Virus record (IMG/VR): IMGVR_UViG_3300018465_000001
Span: 1-59,149 of that record
Strand: one strand, 5' to 3'
DNA from: a virus
Taxonomy: Duplodnaviria > Caudoviricetes
DNA length: 59,149 nt
Shown here: positions 36,214-44,560 of the stretch, one piece after another
Layout: every line of letters starts with the position of its first letter
Numbering within the stretch: position 1 is the first letter of the stretch
Notes under the pieces: generated by a model
Databases searched by the model: none
Told to the model about the DNA's origin: nothing
What the model saw: only the letters and a program-made list of their open reading frames with translations
Position numbers and translations under genes: made by a program

Positions 36214-37881
36214 CTACCGGCGGGACCGGTACTGGCGGTTGCTCATGTCGACTATCTCGCCGGGCTCCACCAACAGCATGGTGCACCGGCAATTACGGGT
36301 GATGATAGAATTGGCGATGTACCAACCGTGACCAGTATCGAGGTTGAACACATGGCCGTTGAACGTGTACCGCTCGATCCTGACGACCTCCGCGAGCGTC
36401 ACGCTCGTGGGGAGAGCGTCCTCAAGATGGCCCGGGAGCTGGGAACCAGCCGACCGACTATCGTCCGCAAACTGGAGAGCTTGGGCCTGGAGGTCCGGGG
36501 AGGTAGTGAGGCCAACCGGATCCGTATGGCTCAGCTCAGCCCCCAGGCCCGGCGCACCCTGGCCGCCCCCGCCAACTTCGCGCGTCGGTTGCAGCGAGCC
36601 ATGCCCGTGCTCCCCTCGGTCAAGATCCCGGAAATCAAGTCCCCCGCCTACGGGGATCGGGTGATCGGTACAGCCGCTACCCGTACCCGCAAGGTGGGCA
36701 AGGGCGAGGCCGAGCTGATGGACCTCCTCGTCCGTCGCGGGATCGAGGTGAGCGCCCAGGTTCCGGTCTACGGGTACAACCTCGATCTGGCCGTGGGGCG
36801 CGTCGCCGTGGAGGTCTTTTGGGGAGAGGGTTACCCGGTCCGTCATCTTCACCAGGCGAGACGTGCGATAGACCTGGCCGATCTGGGCTGGCACGTGGCC
36901 TGGGTATGGCTCTCGCACCGTATGCCCACCGAGGCGTGCGCTCAGGAGTTGGTCACCTTCCTGGAGTTCGCCAGCGGGTGTCCAGACACCATCCGCCCGG
37001 AGTACCGGGTGATTCGGAGTGATGGTGAGGTTGTCGCCGGTGGCCAGCTCGATACGGACCATCTGGCCCTGGTACCTCCGGCGTAGCGCGTTGCGTAGCC
37101 CGGGGTACTGGACCACGGTGTCCCCGGGTACACACTGGATCACTTCCTGGGGAGGACCGTTCGGGTCCCCGGGGAACGCCAGCTCGAACCCGCCCACCAG
37201 GAACGGCTGGCCGAGCGGCACGCGCTGACCGTCGGCCTCCTGGTGGGTGTTGCGCGTGCGGTGGTCGTCAGTGGCCAGCCAGACGCGCTCCAGCTCTTGA
37301 TCCGGGTCCTCTTCCGCGACCGCCCGGAAGGCCTCGGCCCGGCCCGCGTTCAGGGCGCCGATGGCCTCGGTCCGGGCGATCACCGTGGCCCGGTTGCTCC
37401 AGCGCTCCGACCCGGTCGTTGACAGCACAGTGTCAATGCGCGCCCGGAGTTCCGGGATACCCTCCCCGAGGTTGACCCCGGTGGCCACCTCGTGGGCCAC
37501 CAGGTCGAACACCTCGTCAGGCACCCGGACCAGGCGGTTGGTCACCTCGGCCAGGTAGGTCACGGCGCGCACCCGCTGATCCCAGCGGAACGCGTCGCCG
37601 AAGATCCGGCGGAACCCGGCGGCGAACGCCTTGCGAATCTCGCCGGACACGATCAGGTCCACGGCCTCACGCCACGCGGGAACCCGGGACCAGACCGCGT
37701 CCGGGTTCGGCCGCTGGCCGCCCCGGAGCACGGCACGCGCCGTCTCCACCAGCCAGCCGGACAGCTCGGCCCAGACCGCTTGCCGGATGTCACGTTCCGC
37801 CGTGCCCACCTCGAGACGTGCGTCCAGGCGCTGGGGCAGCCACGGGTCCTCCCCCCGCCCGTTCCAGACCGGCTCGGTCAC
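36214..37881 (-). CDS. MuF/gp7-like minor head protein containing an intein
   Basis: RA.VIARTE, WLAT.D.RTR.TH..ADGQ, FPGDP.GP.QEVIQ/CRC split by the intein. Confidence 0.9.
   Translation of the reverse strand: MTEPVWNGRGEDPWLPQRLDARLEVGTAERDIRQAVWAELSGWLVETARAVLRGGQRPNPDAVWSRVPAWREAVDLIVSGEIRKAFAAGFRRIFGDAFRWDQRVRAVTYLAEVTNRLVRVPDEVFDLVAHEVATGVNLGEGIPELRARIDTVLSTTGSERWSNRATVIARTEAIGALNAGRAEAFRAVAEEDPDQELERVWLATDDHRTRNTHQEADGQRVPLGQPFLVGGFELAFPGDPNGPPQEVIQCVPGDTVVQYPGLRNALRRRYQGQMVRIELATGDNLTITPNHPVLRADGVWTPAGELQEGDQLLSARLGGHTVREPYPGHVPAQIGQVYRTSRLVKMTDRVTLSPKDLHGDAPHGQIEVVPVDRNLGAHLDPATDEEVHQLGLALAHLAGTGSGCTDHPIPVGGGLDFRDLDRGEHGHGSLQPTREVGGGGQGAPGLGAELSHTDPVGLTTSPDLQAQALQFADDSRSAGSQLPGHLEDALPTSVTLAEVVRIERYTFNGHVFNLDTGHGWYIANSIITRNCRCTMLLVEPGEIVDMSNRQYRSRR
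36303..36344 (+). promoter_or_regulatory. Candidate extended -10 promoter and RBS for the antisense nuclease
   Basis: TG-A-TAGAAT at 36303-36311; GAGGT at 36340-36344, 7 nt before ATG 36352. Confidence 0.5.
36352..37086 (+). CDS. HTH + DUF559/Vsr-like PD-(D/E)XK endonuclease encoded antisense within the intein
   Basis: GESVLKMARELGTSRPTIVRKL (HTH); GEAEL..LL...GI...Q.PV.GYNLDLA...VAVEV..G....H...D...GW.V..V. Confidence 0.75.
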   Translation: MAVERVPLDPDDLRERHARGESVLKMARELGTSRPTIVRKLESLGLEVRGGSEANRIRMAQLSPQARRTLAAPANFARRLQRAMPVLPSVKIPEIKSPAYGDRVIGTAATRTRKVGKGEAELMDLLVRRGIEVSAQVPVYGYNLDLAVGRVAVEVFWGEGYPVRHLHQARRAIDLADLGWHVAWVWLSHRMPTEACAQELVTFLEFASGCPDTIRPEYRVIRSDGEVVAGGQLDTDHLALVPPA

Positions 37882-37961
37882 GACAGTCCGGCCCAGATCA
37901 TCAGGCCAGCGATCACGGCCAGAACCGCCAGGGTCCACACCTTGCGCTGAAGATCGGTCAC
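37878..37961 (-). CDS. Small membrane peptide (27 aa)
   Basis: MTDLQRKVWTLAVLAVIAGLMIWAGLS; GTGA-coupled at both ends. Confidence 0.55.
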   Translation of the reverse strand: MTDLQRKVWTLAVLAVIAGLMIWAGLS

Positions 37962-38170
37962 AGCACGCTCCCGGGGTGGTAGACAGCCGGGTTGACCGGC
38001 CGCGCCCCCGTCAGGGTGAGAACCCGGTCCCAGGCGAACCCGCCCGGATCCAGCGGATAGGCCTGGTGCTCCACCGCGTACCAGGCGGCCTCGGCCTCAC
38101 AGGTGGGGTAGAGCATCGCGCCGTCCGGCGTCTCCATGCCGTACTCCACGTCGATGTCGATCCCGGTCAC
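37958..38170 (-). CDS. Hypothetical protein (70 aa)
   Basis: GTGA-coupled ORF. Confidence 0.55.
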   Translation of the reverse strand: MTGIDIDVEYGMETPDGAMLYPTCEAEAAWYAVEHQAYPLDPGGFAWDRVLTLTGARPVNPAVYHPGSVL

Positions 38171-38256
38171 CGGGCCACCGCCACGGTGGCGTAGGCCGAG
38201 AAAGCGACCCAGAGCCCGGCGTACCCCGTCAGCCACCCCGCCACCTTCCACGTCAT
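38167..38256 (-). CDS. Small membrane peptide (29 aa)
   Basis: MTWKVAGWLTGYAGLWVAFSAYATVAVAR; ATGA overlap with the portal stop. Confidence 0.5.
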   Translation of the reverse strand: MTWKVAGWLTGYAGLWVAFSAYATVAVAR

Positions 38257-40211
38257 GCGGTCACCATCCCCTGTCCCCGGTTCGCCACCTGCAGCGCGGC
38301 GAACAGCAGATCGTCGTGGTGCCGGATGCCACGCGTCAGCAGCTCCAGCACGTAGCCCTGCAGCAGCGCCCCCAGGTCGGCCGCGTCCACCCCGAGGTCG
38401 GCGGCCAGCACGGGCACGTGGCGCCATGCGTCCTCGGTCACCTTGGCCGCCTTGTCCCGGGTGATCGGGCCGACATGGTGGTGCAGTTCGTGGCGCGGCA
38501 CGTCGGCCCACCGGCCTCGGCGCTCCTGGGGTGTGGTCAGGCGGCCACCGGCCAGCTCCAGCGCGCGGTAGACGGTGAGCTTGGCGGCGGCGTTGAACAC
38601 GGCCTGAGGGGAGGGCAAGGCGGGCACGGACGGCGCGCTGAGCGCCCGAACGCGCGCGCCCAGGGCCTCGGTCAGGGCGCGGGTCTCCGACTCGGCAGGA
38701 GGCTCAGGAGCGGTCCCGCCGTTGGGGGGACCGTCGGCCGGTGGCTCCTCGTCCGGGTTCGGGTTGTCGCCGTCGGTGTTCTGGGCGGAGGTCGGGGGCA
38801 GGCCCACGGTCTCGATGGCGGGCAGACCGAGCACCCGCTGGATCTCGGGGTCGGTCATCAGGTCGGGCTGGGTCTGGATCGCCCGGAGCAGGATCTGGAC
38901 CACGCGCTCCTGGGTGCTGGGGATGACAGCCGGGTCGAACGCACCGGCGCGCACGAACTCCTCGTCCGAGATCAGGAACTGGTCCCGGAGACGGGACGCG
39001 TCCTCCAGCCGGTTCGGCTTGGCCGCCAGGGTGGAGGTGTCGAACGCGAACGCGTAGCGCTCCGGGTCGGCCACCCCCATGGAGACCAGCGCCAGCCGGA
39101 GGAAACCGCGCGTGAGCGCGTCCGCGATCGGCCCGAGGTATCCGGCCTTGATCCACCGGATGCCCTCGTCCGAGATCAGCCAGGCAGTCCAGTGATTGGC
39201 GTCGCCGATGCCGGTCAGCACCTCGGCCGGGATCTCGGCGCTGGAGGCCACGCGGGTGATGGCCCGGTCTTTCATGTCACTGATCTCGCCGGACAGCTCG
39301 GACCAGAAGGTGGTGGGCTTGAGCTGGTCCAGGTAGGGGAGCACGGCGTCCGGCACGGTGGCCATGATCGGCACCATGGCGCGTGCGTCGCTCTGGTCGC
39401 GGATGCTGGCAGCAGCGGCCCGTTGCATCACGGCCATGAACCCGGCCAGGCCCTCGGGGTCACCCTCCTCCCGGGGGAAGTCCACACCCTCGGGCAGGAA
39501 CATGATGCCAGCGCCGGTCAGCCGGGAGTCCAGCTCGGCGAACTCCCGCTTGGTCAGCAGCTCGATCTCCCGAAGCGGGACGATGGCAGAGCGCGTGAAC
39601 GAATCGGCCTGGTCGGTGTCGTTGGGGTGCGGGTTCCAGCACCGGATGAGGATGTCGACCTTGTCGGTCAGCTCCAGGTACGAACCGCCCCGGTTCTTGG
39701 GCCGCTTGACCTTGACCTTGTCACCCTCCTTCTTGAAGGCCGAGCTGGTCACGACGAACCAGGATCCCTGGGCCTTCTCGGGGGAGCGCGCGGCGCCCTC
39801 ACCGACGATCCAGCACTCGCCGCCCACGGCCAGGTCGATCCCGGCCAGGCGCAGACAGTCGTCGCGCTGAGCGCCGGTGCCCAGCGGTACGGCGGCCAGG
39901 CGCCGGATGTTCTCCTCGGTGACCTCTCCGGTCTCCTCGCCGGTCTCGTCGACCTCGGTCACGTAGAGGCGCGCCTGGGCGATGCTGTCCCCGATGCGGC
40001 CCGAGATCTTGTGCAGCTCGGGGATCAGGTCGTAGAGACGCCAGGCCTCGTTCTGCCATTCGCGGTTGCCGAAGTTCCAGGTGCGCCAGGAGCTGGCGGC
40101 GCCGAGATCGACCATCGCGGTGGCAGCGGTCAGGACTGCCGGACGACCACGTAGAGCTGGCGGAGAGGGGTGGTCCCAGCCCTTGTTGCGGTTGCGGCGG
40201 CGAAGGGCCAC
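38253..40211 (-). CDS. Portal protein
   Basis: WQ.EAW..YD.IPEL, GECWI, W.PHP...ADS, SRL.GAGI.F.P, NHWTAW; synteny. Confidence 0.85.
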   Translation of the reverse strand: MALRRRNRNKGWDHPSPPALRGRPAVLTAATAMVDLGAASSWRTWNFGNREWQNEAWRLYDLIPELHKISGRIGDSIAQARLYVTEVDETGEETGEVTEENIRRLAAVPLGTGAQRDDCLRLAGIDLAVGGECWIVGEGAARSPEKAQGSWFVVTSSAFKKEGDKVKVKRPKNRGGSYLELTDKVDILIRCWNPHPNDTDQADSFTRSAIVPLREIELLTKREFAELDSRLTGAGIMFLPEGVDFPREEGDPEGLAGFMAVMQRAAAASIRDQSDARAMVPIMATVPDAVLPYLDQLKPTTFWSELSGEISDMKDRAITRVASSAEIPAEVLTGIGDANHWTAWLISDEGIRWIKAGYLGPIADALTRGFLRLALVSMGVADPERYAFAFDTSTLAAKPNRLEDASRLRDQFLISDEEFVRAGAFDPAVIPSTQERVVQILLRAIQTQPDLMTDPEIQRVLGLPAIETVGLPPTSAQNTDGDNPNPDEEPPADGPPNGGTAPEPPAESETRALTEALGARVRALSAPSVPALPSPQAVFNAAAKLTVYRALELAGGRLTTPQERRGRWADVPRHELHHHVGPITRDKAAKVTEDAWRHVPVLAADLGVDAADLGALLQGYVLELLTRGIRHHDDLLFAALQVANRGQGMVTA

Positions 40212-40214
40212 GGA

Positions 40215-40526
40215 TTACCTCCCGAGGTTTGCGGTGGCGCCGGTGACCTGACTGAAGGCCAGGGCCAGCGCTGGGATCAGCATGACCGGGGAGTCGCCCC
40301 AGAACCAGACCAGGGGGGCGGCCGCCAGGCTGATCCACATCCCGGCGCACCACGGGCACTCGATCAGGCTGGCGAACCACTCCCCGAGCGAACCGGGGGT
40401 GTCGTCCAGCCAGCGGACGATCCGGATGCGGATGGGCTCGGTGATCGCGTCTGCCACGACCAGGCCCGTCAGGCGCGCCACGGCCAGCGCGTAGATCAGG
40501 AGCTGGAGCCATACCGGGATCGTCAT
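40215..40526 (-). CDS. DUF1360-like membrane protein
   Basis: ARLT.LV..D.ITEP.R...CPWC.G.W. Confidence 0.75.
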   Translation of the reverse strand: MTIPVWLQLLIYALAVARLTGLVVADAITEPIRIRIVRWLDDTPGSLGEWFASLIECPWCAGMWISLAAAPLVWFWGDSPVMLIPALALAFSQVTGATANLGR

Positions 40527-40587
40527 GTCGTCATCCTACGGGTACTGGGGGACATCTCGGCCGGGCTGGCCTGTTGACACGTCAGTG

Positions 40588-40851
40588 TCAGGATGGAGCG
40601 AACCAAGCGCGGTGATTGAGGATGTCCTGGTCCAGATAGCGAGCGTTGTGGCCGTGCGCACGCCGAACCGGCGCATCCGAATAATCACGCCGTAGGGCCT
40701 GGCCCAGAATCTGAGCCGTGACCTCCACCCTCCCCACCCTCTTGGCCCACTCGTTGTAGATAGGGAGGAGGTCAGTGGTCAGGTACCAACCGGGCTCCAG
40801 GCTCTTGAGAGCCTCCTTGATCCCTGACTCGGTCACATCGCTGACGGTCAC
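40588..40851 (-). CDS. Winged-helix protein resembling a primase C-terminal domain
   Basis: L..IY..WA...G......LG.AL; paralog of 40848-41123. Confidence 0.6.
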   Translation of the reverse strand: MTVSDVTESGIKEALKSLEPGWYLTTDLLPIYNEWAKRVGRVEVTAQILGQALRRDYSDAPVRRAHGHNARYLDQDILNHRAWFAPS

Positions 40852-41123
40852 AGGATCCAGCCCTTCACCATGTAGCCCTTGGGGAATCCCTTGGGCTTGT
40901 TGGGCCGCTCCTTGTGCTTGTCCCATTTGGGTTTCTTGAGGGCGCCGTACTCCTTGAGTACCTGGCCCAGGCGGACGGCGTTCATCGGCTCCCGGCCGAG
41001 TCCGGCCGAGTCCGCGCGGTGCTGGTGGTGGATGCGCTCCATCGAGAAATGGCCCGGACCCAGAGAACGGACCAGTAGGCGGACCGCTTCCATCTCGTCG
41101 GGCTTAGCCGGTTGGACTCCCAT
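40848..41123 (-). CDS. Winged-helix protein resembling a primase C-terminal domain
   Basis: SLGPG...GREPM...LGQVLKEYG...KGW. Confidence 0.6.
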   Translation of the reverse strand: MGVQPAKPDEMEAVRLLVRSLGPGHFSMERIHHQHRADSAGLGREPMNAVRLGQVLKEYGALKKPKWDKHKERPNKPKGFPKGYMVKGWIL

Positions 41124-41171
41124 ACTCCCAGACTACCAGACGCCCAGTCCGTCACCCCCAGGGGAGCCAAC

Positions 41172-41319
41172 GGGGGGACTCACCGGACTGGTAACTCCGC
41201 TCCGCCCGGTAGAAAACCCCCCGCGTGCGCGTGCTCGCGCCCAGGCGCGCCCCCGCACACCCCTGACACCATGTTTTTTTCCGGTGACGAGAGTACTTAC
41301 CAGTCCGGTGAGTCCCCCC
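41172..41319. repeat. 23-bp perfect inverted repeat flanking a ~100-bp core (element B)
   Basis: GGGGGGACTCACCGGACTGGTAA (41172-41194) and its reverse complement (41297-41319). Confidence 0.85.
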
Positions 41320-41441
41320 AGAGGCCGACAACCCGGGGGTACCCATGGCCTTTTCACCCCATGAGTACCCCCGCGTTCTTGTACATCTGTCCAACTCATG
41401 CCGGTGAGGTCAACCCACGACCTCGTATGTGAAACGGTTGT

Positions 41442-41873
41442 TCAACGTTCGGGCTCGCTCCCGCTGGTGGATCTCGGAGCGGACGAGGAGGACCCCTCGC
41501 TGAGAAACAGGTCCAGAGGTACCAGCGGAGTGGCCCGCATCACCCGCTCCCGCTTGGCCAGATCGTCCGCCGTCACGGGGAGGTGAGGCCGGATGCCGTA
41601 GACCGTCCCGTCGGCCCGAGCCCTCCGCTCTGATCGGCCCGGCTCACGGTCCGCTGGATCCCCGGTGCACCAGAAACGCCCGAGACTCGGCGACTCGTGA
41701 AGGTGGCCGGGATGCTCAGCCCGGTCGGCGCACAGACCAGAGGACGGGGCGGGCTCACCGATCCCTGTCCCGTAGCAATCCCAGCATCGGCCGTTGGTCT
41801 CCGGGTCCCGGCCCGACATACCCGTGCCCTCACACTCCGGACAGGAGATGTCCATCAGTTCTTCCGCGCTCAT
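41442..41873 (-). CDS. Protein with DnaJ-type CxxCxGxG zinc finger
   Basis: CPECEGTG and CWDCYGTG; GAGGAG RBS. Confidence 0.7.
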   Translation of the reverse strand: MSAEELMDISCPECEGTGMSGRDPETNGRCWDCYGTGIGEPAPSSGLCADRAEHPGHLHESPSLGRFWCTGDPADREPGRSERRARADGTVYGIRPHLPVTADDLAKRERVMRATPLVPLDLFLSEGSSSSAPRSTSGSEPER

Positions 41874-41889
41874 GCTCGACTCCTCCTCT

Positions 41890-42135
41890 TCACACGTCCA
41901 CGTCGTATCGGTCGCTTCCCCAGTCGGGGTCGTAGAACCGGCGGTAGGCCAGATCGGCGTCGGTCCGGTAGCTACGGCCCAGATCGACCGGCGGGGTGGC
42001 CCGGCGGCCGAACGGCCGCAGACACCACGTGCACCTCCCGTCGGTCCGGCCGTTGTTGTCATGCCCCCGGACACTCTCCGGGCACGAGGTGTCCACCACG
42101 GCCAGGGTTCCAGCCTTGGTCCGTCTGATCGTCAT
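41890..42135 (-). CDS. Small Cys/His hypothetical protein
   Basis: GGAGG RBS; C..H..CxxC. Confidence 0.6.
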   Translation of the reverse strand: MTIRRTKAGTLAVVDTSCPESVRGHDNNGRTDGRCTWCLRPFGRRATPPVDLGRSYRTDADLAYRRFYDPDWGSDRYDVDV

Positions 42136-42578
42136 CACGACCTCCGTTTCTTCTTGCTCATCGTGATGTGCCAGTGGTCCCCGATCGCGGGGGCCGGGAG
42201 CTGACACCGATAGATCCGGCCCCCGGTCAGCCCGGCCACCCGGCGCGCGACTTCCTGATCGGTGAACGCCACCTTGGAGTTGCCGCCGTGGTGGAAGGTG
42301 GCCCGCTGAGCGCACCGGGGTAGGCCCCGGCTCAGCTCAGCCACCTTCTGAGCCACCGTCAGCGGCCTGGCCGGGGTGTCCGGCCGGGCCAGCCTCACCG
42401 GCGCGCGGCGCGGCGAATGGCTGACGTAATACGCCCACCAGCCGGGCTCGATCTGGCGCGCCCGCACCCAATACCGTTTCTTGCTCCCCTGAGCCAGCCG
42501 GTAGGCCACCAGGTCCATGGCGCGCTTCCAGCTCTCACCCTGGGGAAGTCGCCCCTTCTCCCCGACCGGCGTGCTCAC
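42135..42578 (-). CDS. Hypothetical protein with C-terminal zinc-finger-like motif
   Basis: C...K.AF...A....YRC....HWH. Confidence 0.6.
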   Translation of the reverse strand: MSTPVGEKGRLPQGESWKRAMDLVAYRLAQGSKKRYWVRARQIEPGWWAYYVSHSPRRAPVRLARPDTPARPLTVAQKVAELSRGLPRCAQRATFHHGGNSKVAFTDQEVARRVAGLTGGRIYRCQLPAPAIGDHWHITMSKKKRRS

Positions 42579-42928
42579 GTGCGGGCCTTCCTCCGCGTCG
42601 TGGCACCGGTTGAGGAGTTGCACCTGCCGCACGCGGGCCGGATGTTGTTCCGGGCGTACGTGCCGCCCTGACACCCCGGAACGATCCGGTCCACCGTAAG
42701 CGTGTCCGCCGTGAGCAGCTTGCCGCACCGGTAGCACCGGCATGCGGGCATGGATCCCTCGGTGCCGGGGAGCACCGGAACCAACAGGTCCCCGCCCAAC
42801 CCGAACTGTCCCGAGGTCACCACGTCCGCGTCCGCCCGGAACGTCTGGATCAGCCACTCCCGGCGCCGTCGCCGGTCGTCACTGCCACCCCGGGCGTTGC
42901 CGTTGGTCGTCCCCCTCTTGACGCTCAC
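42575..42928 (-). CDS. HNH endonuclease-like protein
   Basis: CYRCG...TVDRIVPG..GG.Y...N..PAC..CN (the usual DH reads DR). Confidence 0.8.
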   Translation of the reverse strand: MSVKRGTTNGNARGGSDDRRRRREWLIQTFRADADVVTSGQFGLGGDLLVPVLPGTEGSMPACRCYRCGKLLTADTLTVDRIVPGCQGGTYARNNIRPACGRCNSSTGATTRRKART

Positions 42929-43152
42929 ACCCGCCCCCGCATCCGCTTGTTCGGCCGCTTGCCGGTTCGGTTACGGGTGATGTAGTGCCCGTCGCCTCTG
43001 CCGACGTGCCAGCCCAGGCACTGGTCACACCGGTAGACGTTGACCGTCTTCTTACCGGTCCCGCCCAGCAGGGCCGCTCGGGCGGCCACGGCCTCGTCCT
43101 TGGTCTCGTGCCGCTTCTTTCGCGCGCACCGGCGCATGTATGCCGCGCTCAT
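42925..43152 (-). CDS. Small zinc-finger protein
   Basis: C.RK.R....A...YRC..C.GWH. Confidence 0.7.
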   Translation of the reverse strand: MSAAYMRRCARKKRHETKDEAVAARAALLGGTGKKTVNVYRCDQCLGWHVGRGDGHYITRNRTGKRPNKRMRGRV

Positions 43153-43376
43153 CGCGGAATCCGGATCCGGACCAGCCGGGTGTCCGGCCAGCGCTGGCCC
43201 CTGACCTTCGTGTCCGCATACACATCCGCGTAGACGTAGCCGTCCGAGTCGGCCTCGGGGTCGGAAACGATCCGGCCGATCCGCTCCCCGCTGGCGTCGA
43301 TCAGCACGTCCCCCATGGCCAGGTCCGTCGCATAGACCTTGACCACCCGGTATGCCGCCGTGTTCTTGCGCCTCAT
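43149..43376 (-). CDS. Hypothetical protein
   Basis: GGAAGG RBS; promoter TTGACT-N16-TAGGCT at 43408-43435. Confidence 0.65.
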   Translation of the reverse strand: MRRKNTAAYRVVKVYATDLAMGDVLIDASGERIGRIVSDPEADSDGYVYADVYADTKVRGQRWPDTRLVRIRIPR

Positions 43377-43490
43377 CGTTGCCGTCCTTCCGATCGATCT
43401 TGCCTCTAGCCTAGCAGTCATCACTGTGAAGTCAAGGAGGAAAAGAGGCCCGGTCCCGCTCGGGGACCAGGCCTCATTGACACGTCAGTG

Positions 43491-43868
43491 TCAGCCGTAG
43501 ATCGGCTCCAGGGGGCCGAACTCCTGCTCGACCACGTCCAGGGGCCAGATCCCCCCACCGTCGCCGTAGGCGTAGGTCAGCGTTCCGTCCGGCCGGACAG
43601 TCCACTGGTCCCCATCGCGGTCCATGTAGCCGGTCGGCCGGGGAGCCGGGGTGGCCCAACGGCGCTTCAGCATCCTGACCAGGACCAGCACGGTGAAGCC
43701 CGCCAGGATCGCGTACACGACGATGCCCAGCGCCAGCCACCACGTGGGCCTGTCGGAGTAGGCGCCGGTCAGGTGGGTCAGCATCCCGGCGAAGATCCCG
43801 AAAGCCGCCGCGTTCCCGGCGATGGACCACCGGCTGGGCACCCCGTTACGATTGTCGTAGTTGGTCAC
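43491..43868 (-). CDS. Two-pass membrane protein
   Basis: Two hydrophobic segments, then DRDGD.W...GPL motif. Confidence 0.65.
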   Translation of the reverse strand: MTNYDNRNGVPSRWSIAGNAAAFGIFAGMLTHLTGAYSDRPTWWLALGIVVYAILAGFTVLVLVRMLKRRWATPAPRPTGYMDRDGDQWTVRPDGTLTYAYGDGGGIWPLDVVEQEFGPLEPIYG

Positions 43869-43927
43869 GTCTTTCCCTTCCTGTTGTATGCCGCCCCGGG
43901 ACTCGTCACCCCGGGGCGGCGCCTTTT

Positions 43928-44158
43928 TCAGCGGATCAGGGAGTCCCGGTCGCCGCCGATCACCACCGGCTCGTGCATGTCCACGTGCACCCGGGCATCC
44001 GCCACGGCCCGGTAGAAGGCCCATCGGTGAATCGGCCAGCCACACTCCGTGCAGACCCCGTGCGTTCCCTGGGCCTGGCCAGGCGTACCCGGCGCCACCT
44101 CCACCAGCACGATCGCGATCTGCGGATCGATGTCGTTGTGGATCACGGTCTTGGCCAT
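43928..44158 (-). CDS. Hypothetical protein with CxxC...HxxxH
   Basis: CTECG...HVDMH. Confidence 0.65.
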   Translation of the reverse strand: MAKTVIHNDIDPQIAIVLVEVAPGTPGQAQGTHGVCTECGWPIHRWAFYRAVADARVHVDMHEPVVIGGDRDSLIR

Positions 44159-44219
44159 GTCCGGCCCCCTTCGCTCGGTTCGGTTGCCACCTTACCGCCA
44201 CGACTGCTATGTTGCAACT

Positions 44220-44453
44220 ATGACGAACGATTCCAACTGGCTGCTGGCCAGACAGGCGCTCGACCACAAGGAAACCGTGGAGGCGATGAGATCCGCATTG
44301 CCCAAGACGATCCATGACGGATTCGCCGAGATCGAACTGGACGAGATCCTGCTCGACAACCTGTCCTCCGACCTGGCGATCGAGCTGGCGCGGGCCGGTC
44401 TGGTCCTGGTCCGGCTCGACCCCATCCCCTTCACGTCCCGCACGGAGGACTGA
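44220..44453 (+). CDS. Hypothetical protein
   Basis: TATGTT 6 nt before the ATG (leaderless-like). Confidence 0.6.
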   Translation: MTNDSNWLLARQALDHKETVEAMRSALPKTIHDGFAEIELDEILLDNLSSDLAIELARAGLVLVRLDPIPFTSRTED

Positions 44454-44455
44454 TC

Positions 44456-44560
44456 ATGAGCCCTGTCGAGATCGGTGACAACGCACTGTGCGCCCTGATG
44501 ATCATCGCCATCGCCGTGGTGGCCGGGATCTACGCCTGGCGCCGGGGTCCCCGGCGATGA
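44456..44560 (+). CDS. Small membrane peptide (34 aa)
   Basis: GGAGG RBS; ALMIIAIAVVAGIYAWRR. Confidence 0.55.
   Translation: MSPVEIGDNALCALMIIAIAVVAGIYAWRRGPRR

Larger units (their letters stand above)
36292..37134 (-). mobile_element. Intein (281 aa) lacking an in-frame endonuclease
   Basis: C1 CVPGDT, block B TITPNHP, block F VFNLDT, block G YIANSIITRN followed by Cys+1. Confidence 0.9.

Noticed and set aside
35716-36351. N-terminal extension of the + strand ORF 35716-37086
   Set aside because: S/A/T-rich antisense read of the protease gene; the RBS and protein-like sequence begin at ATG 36352
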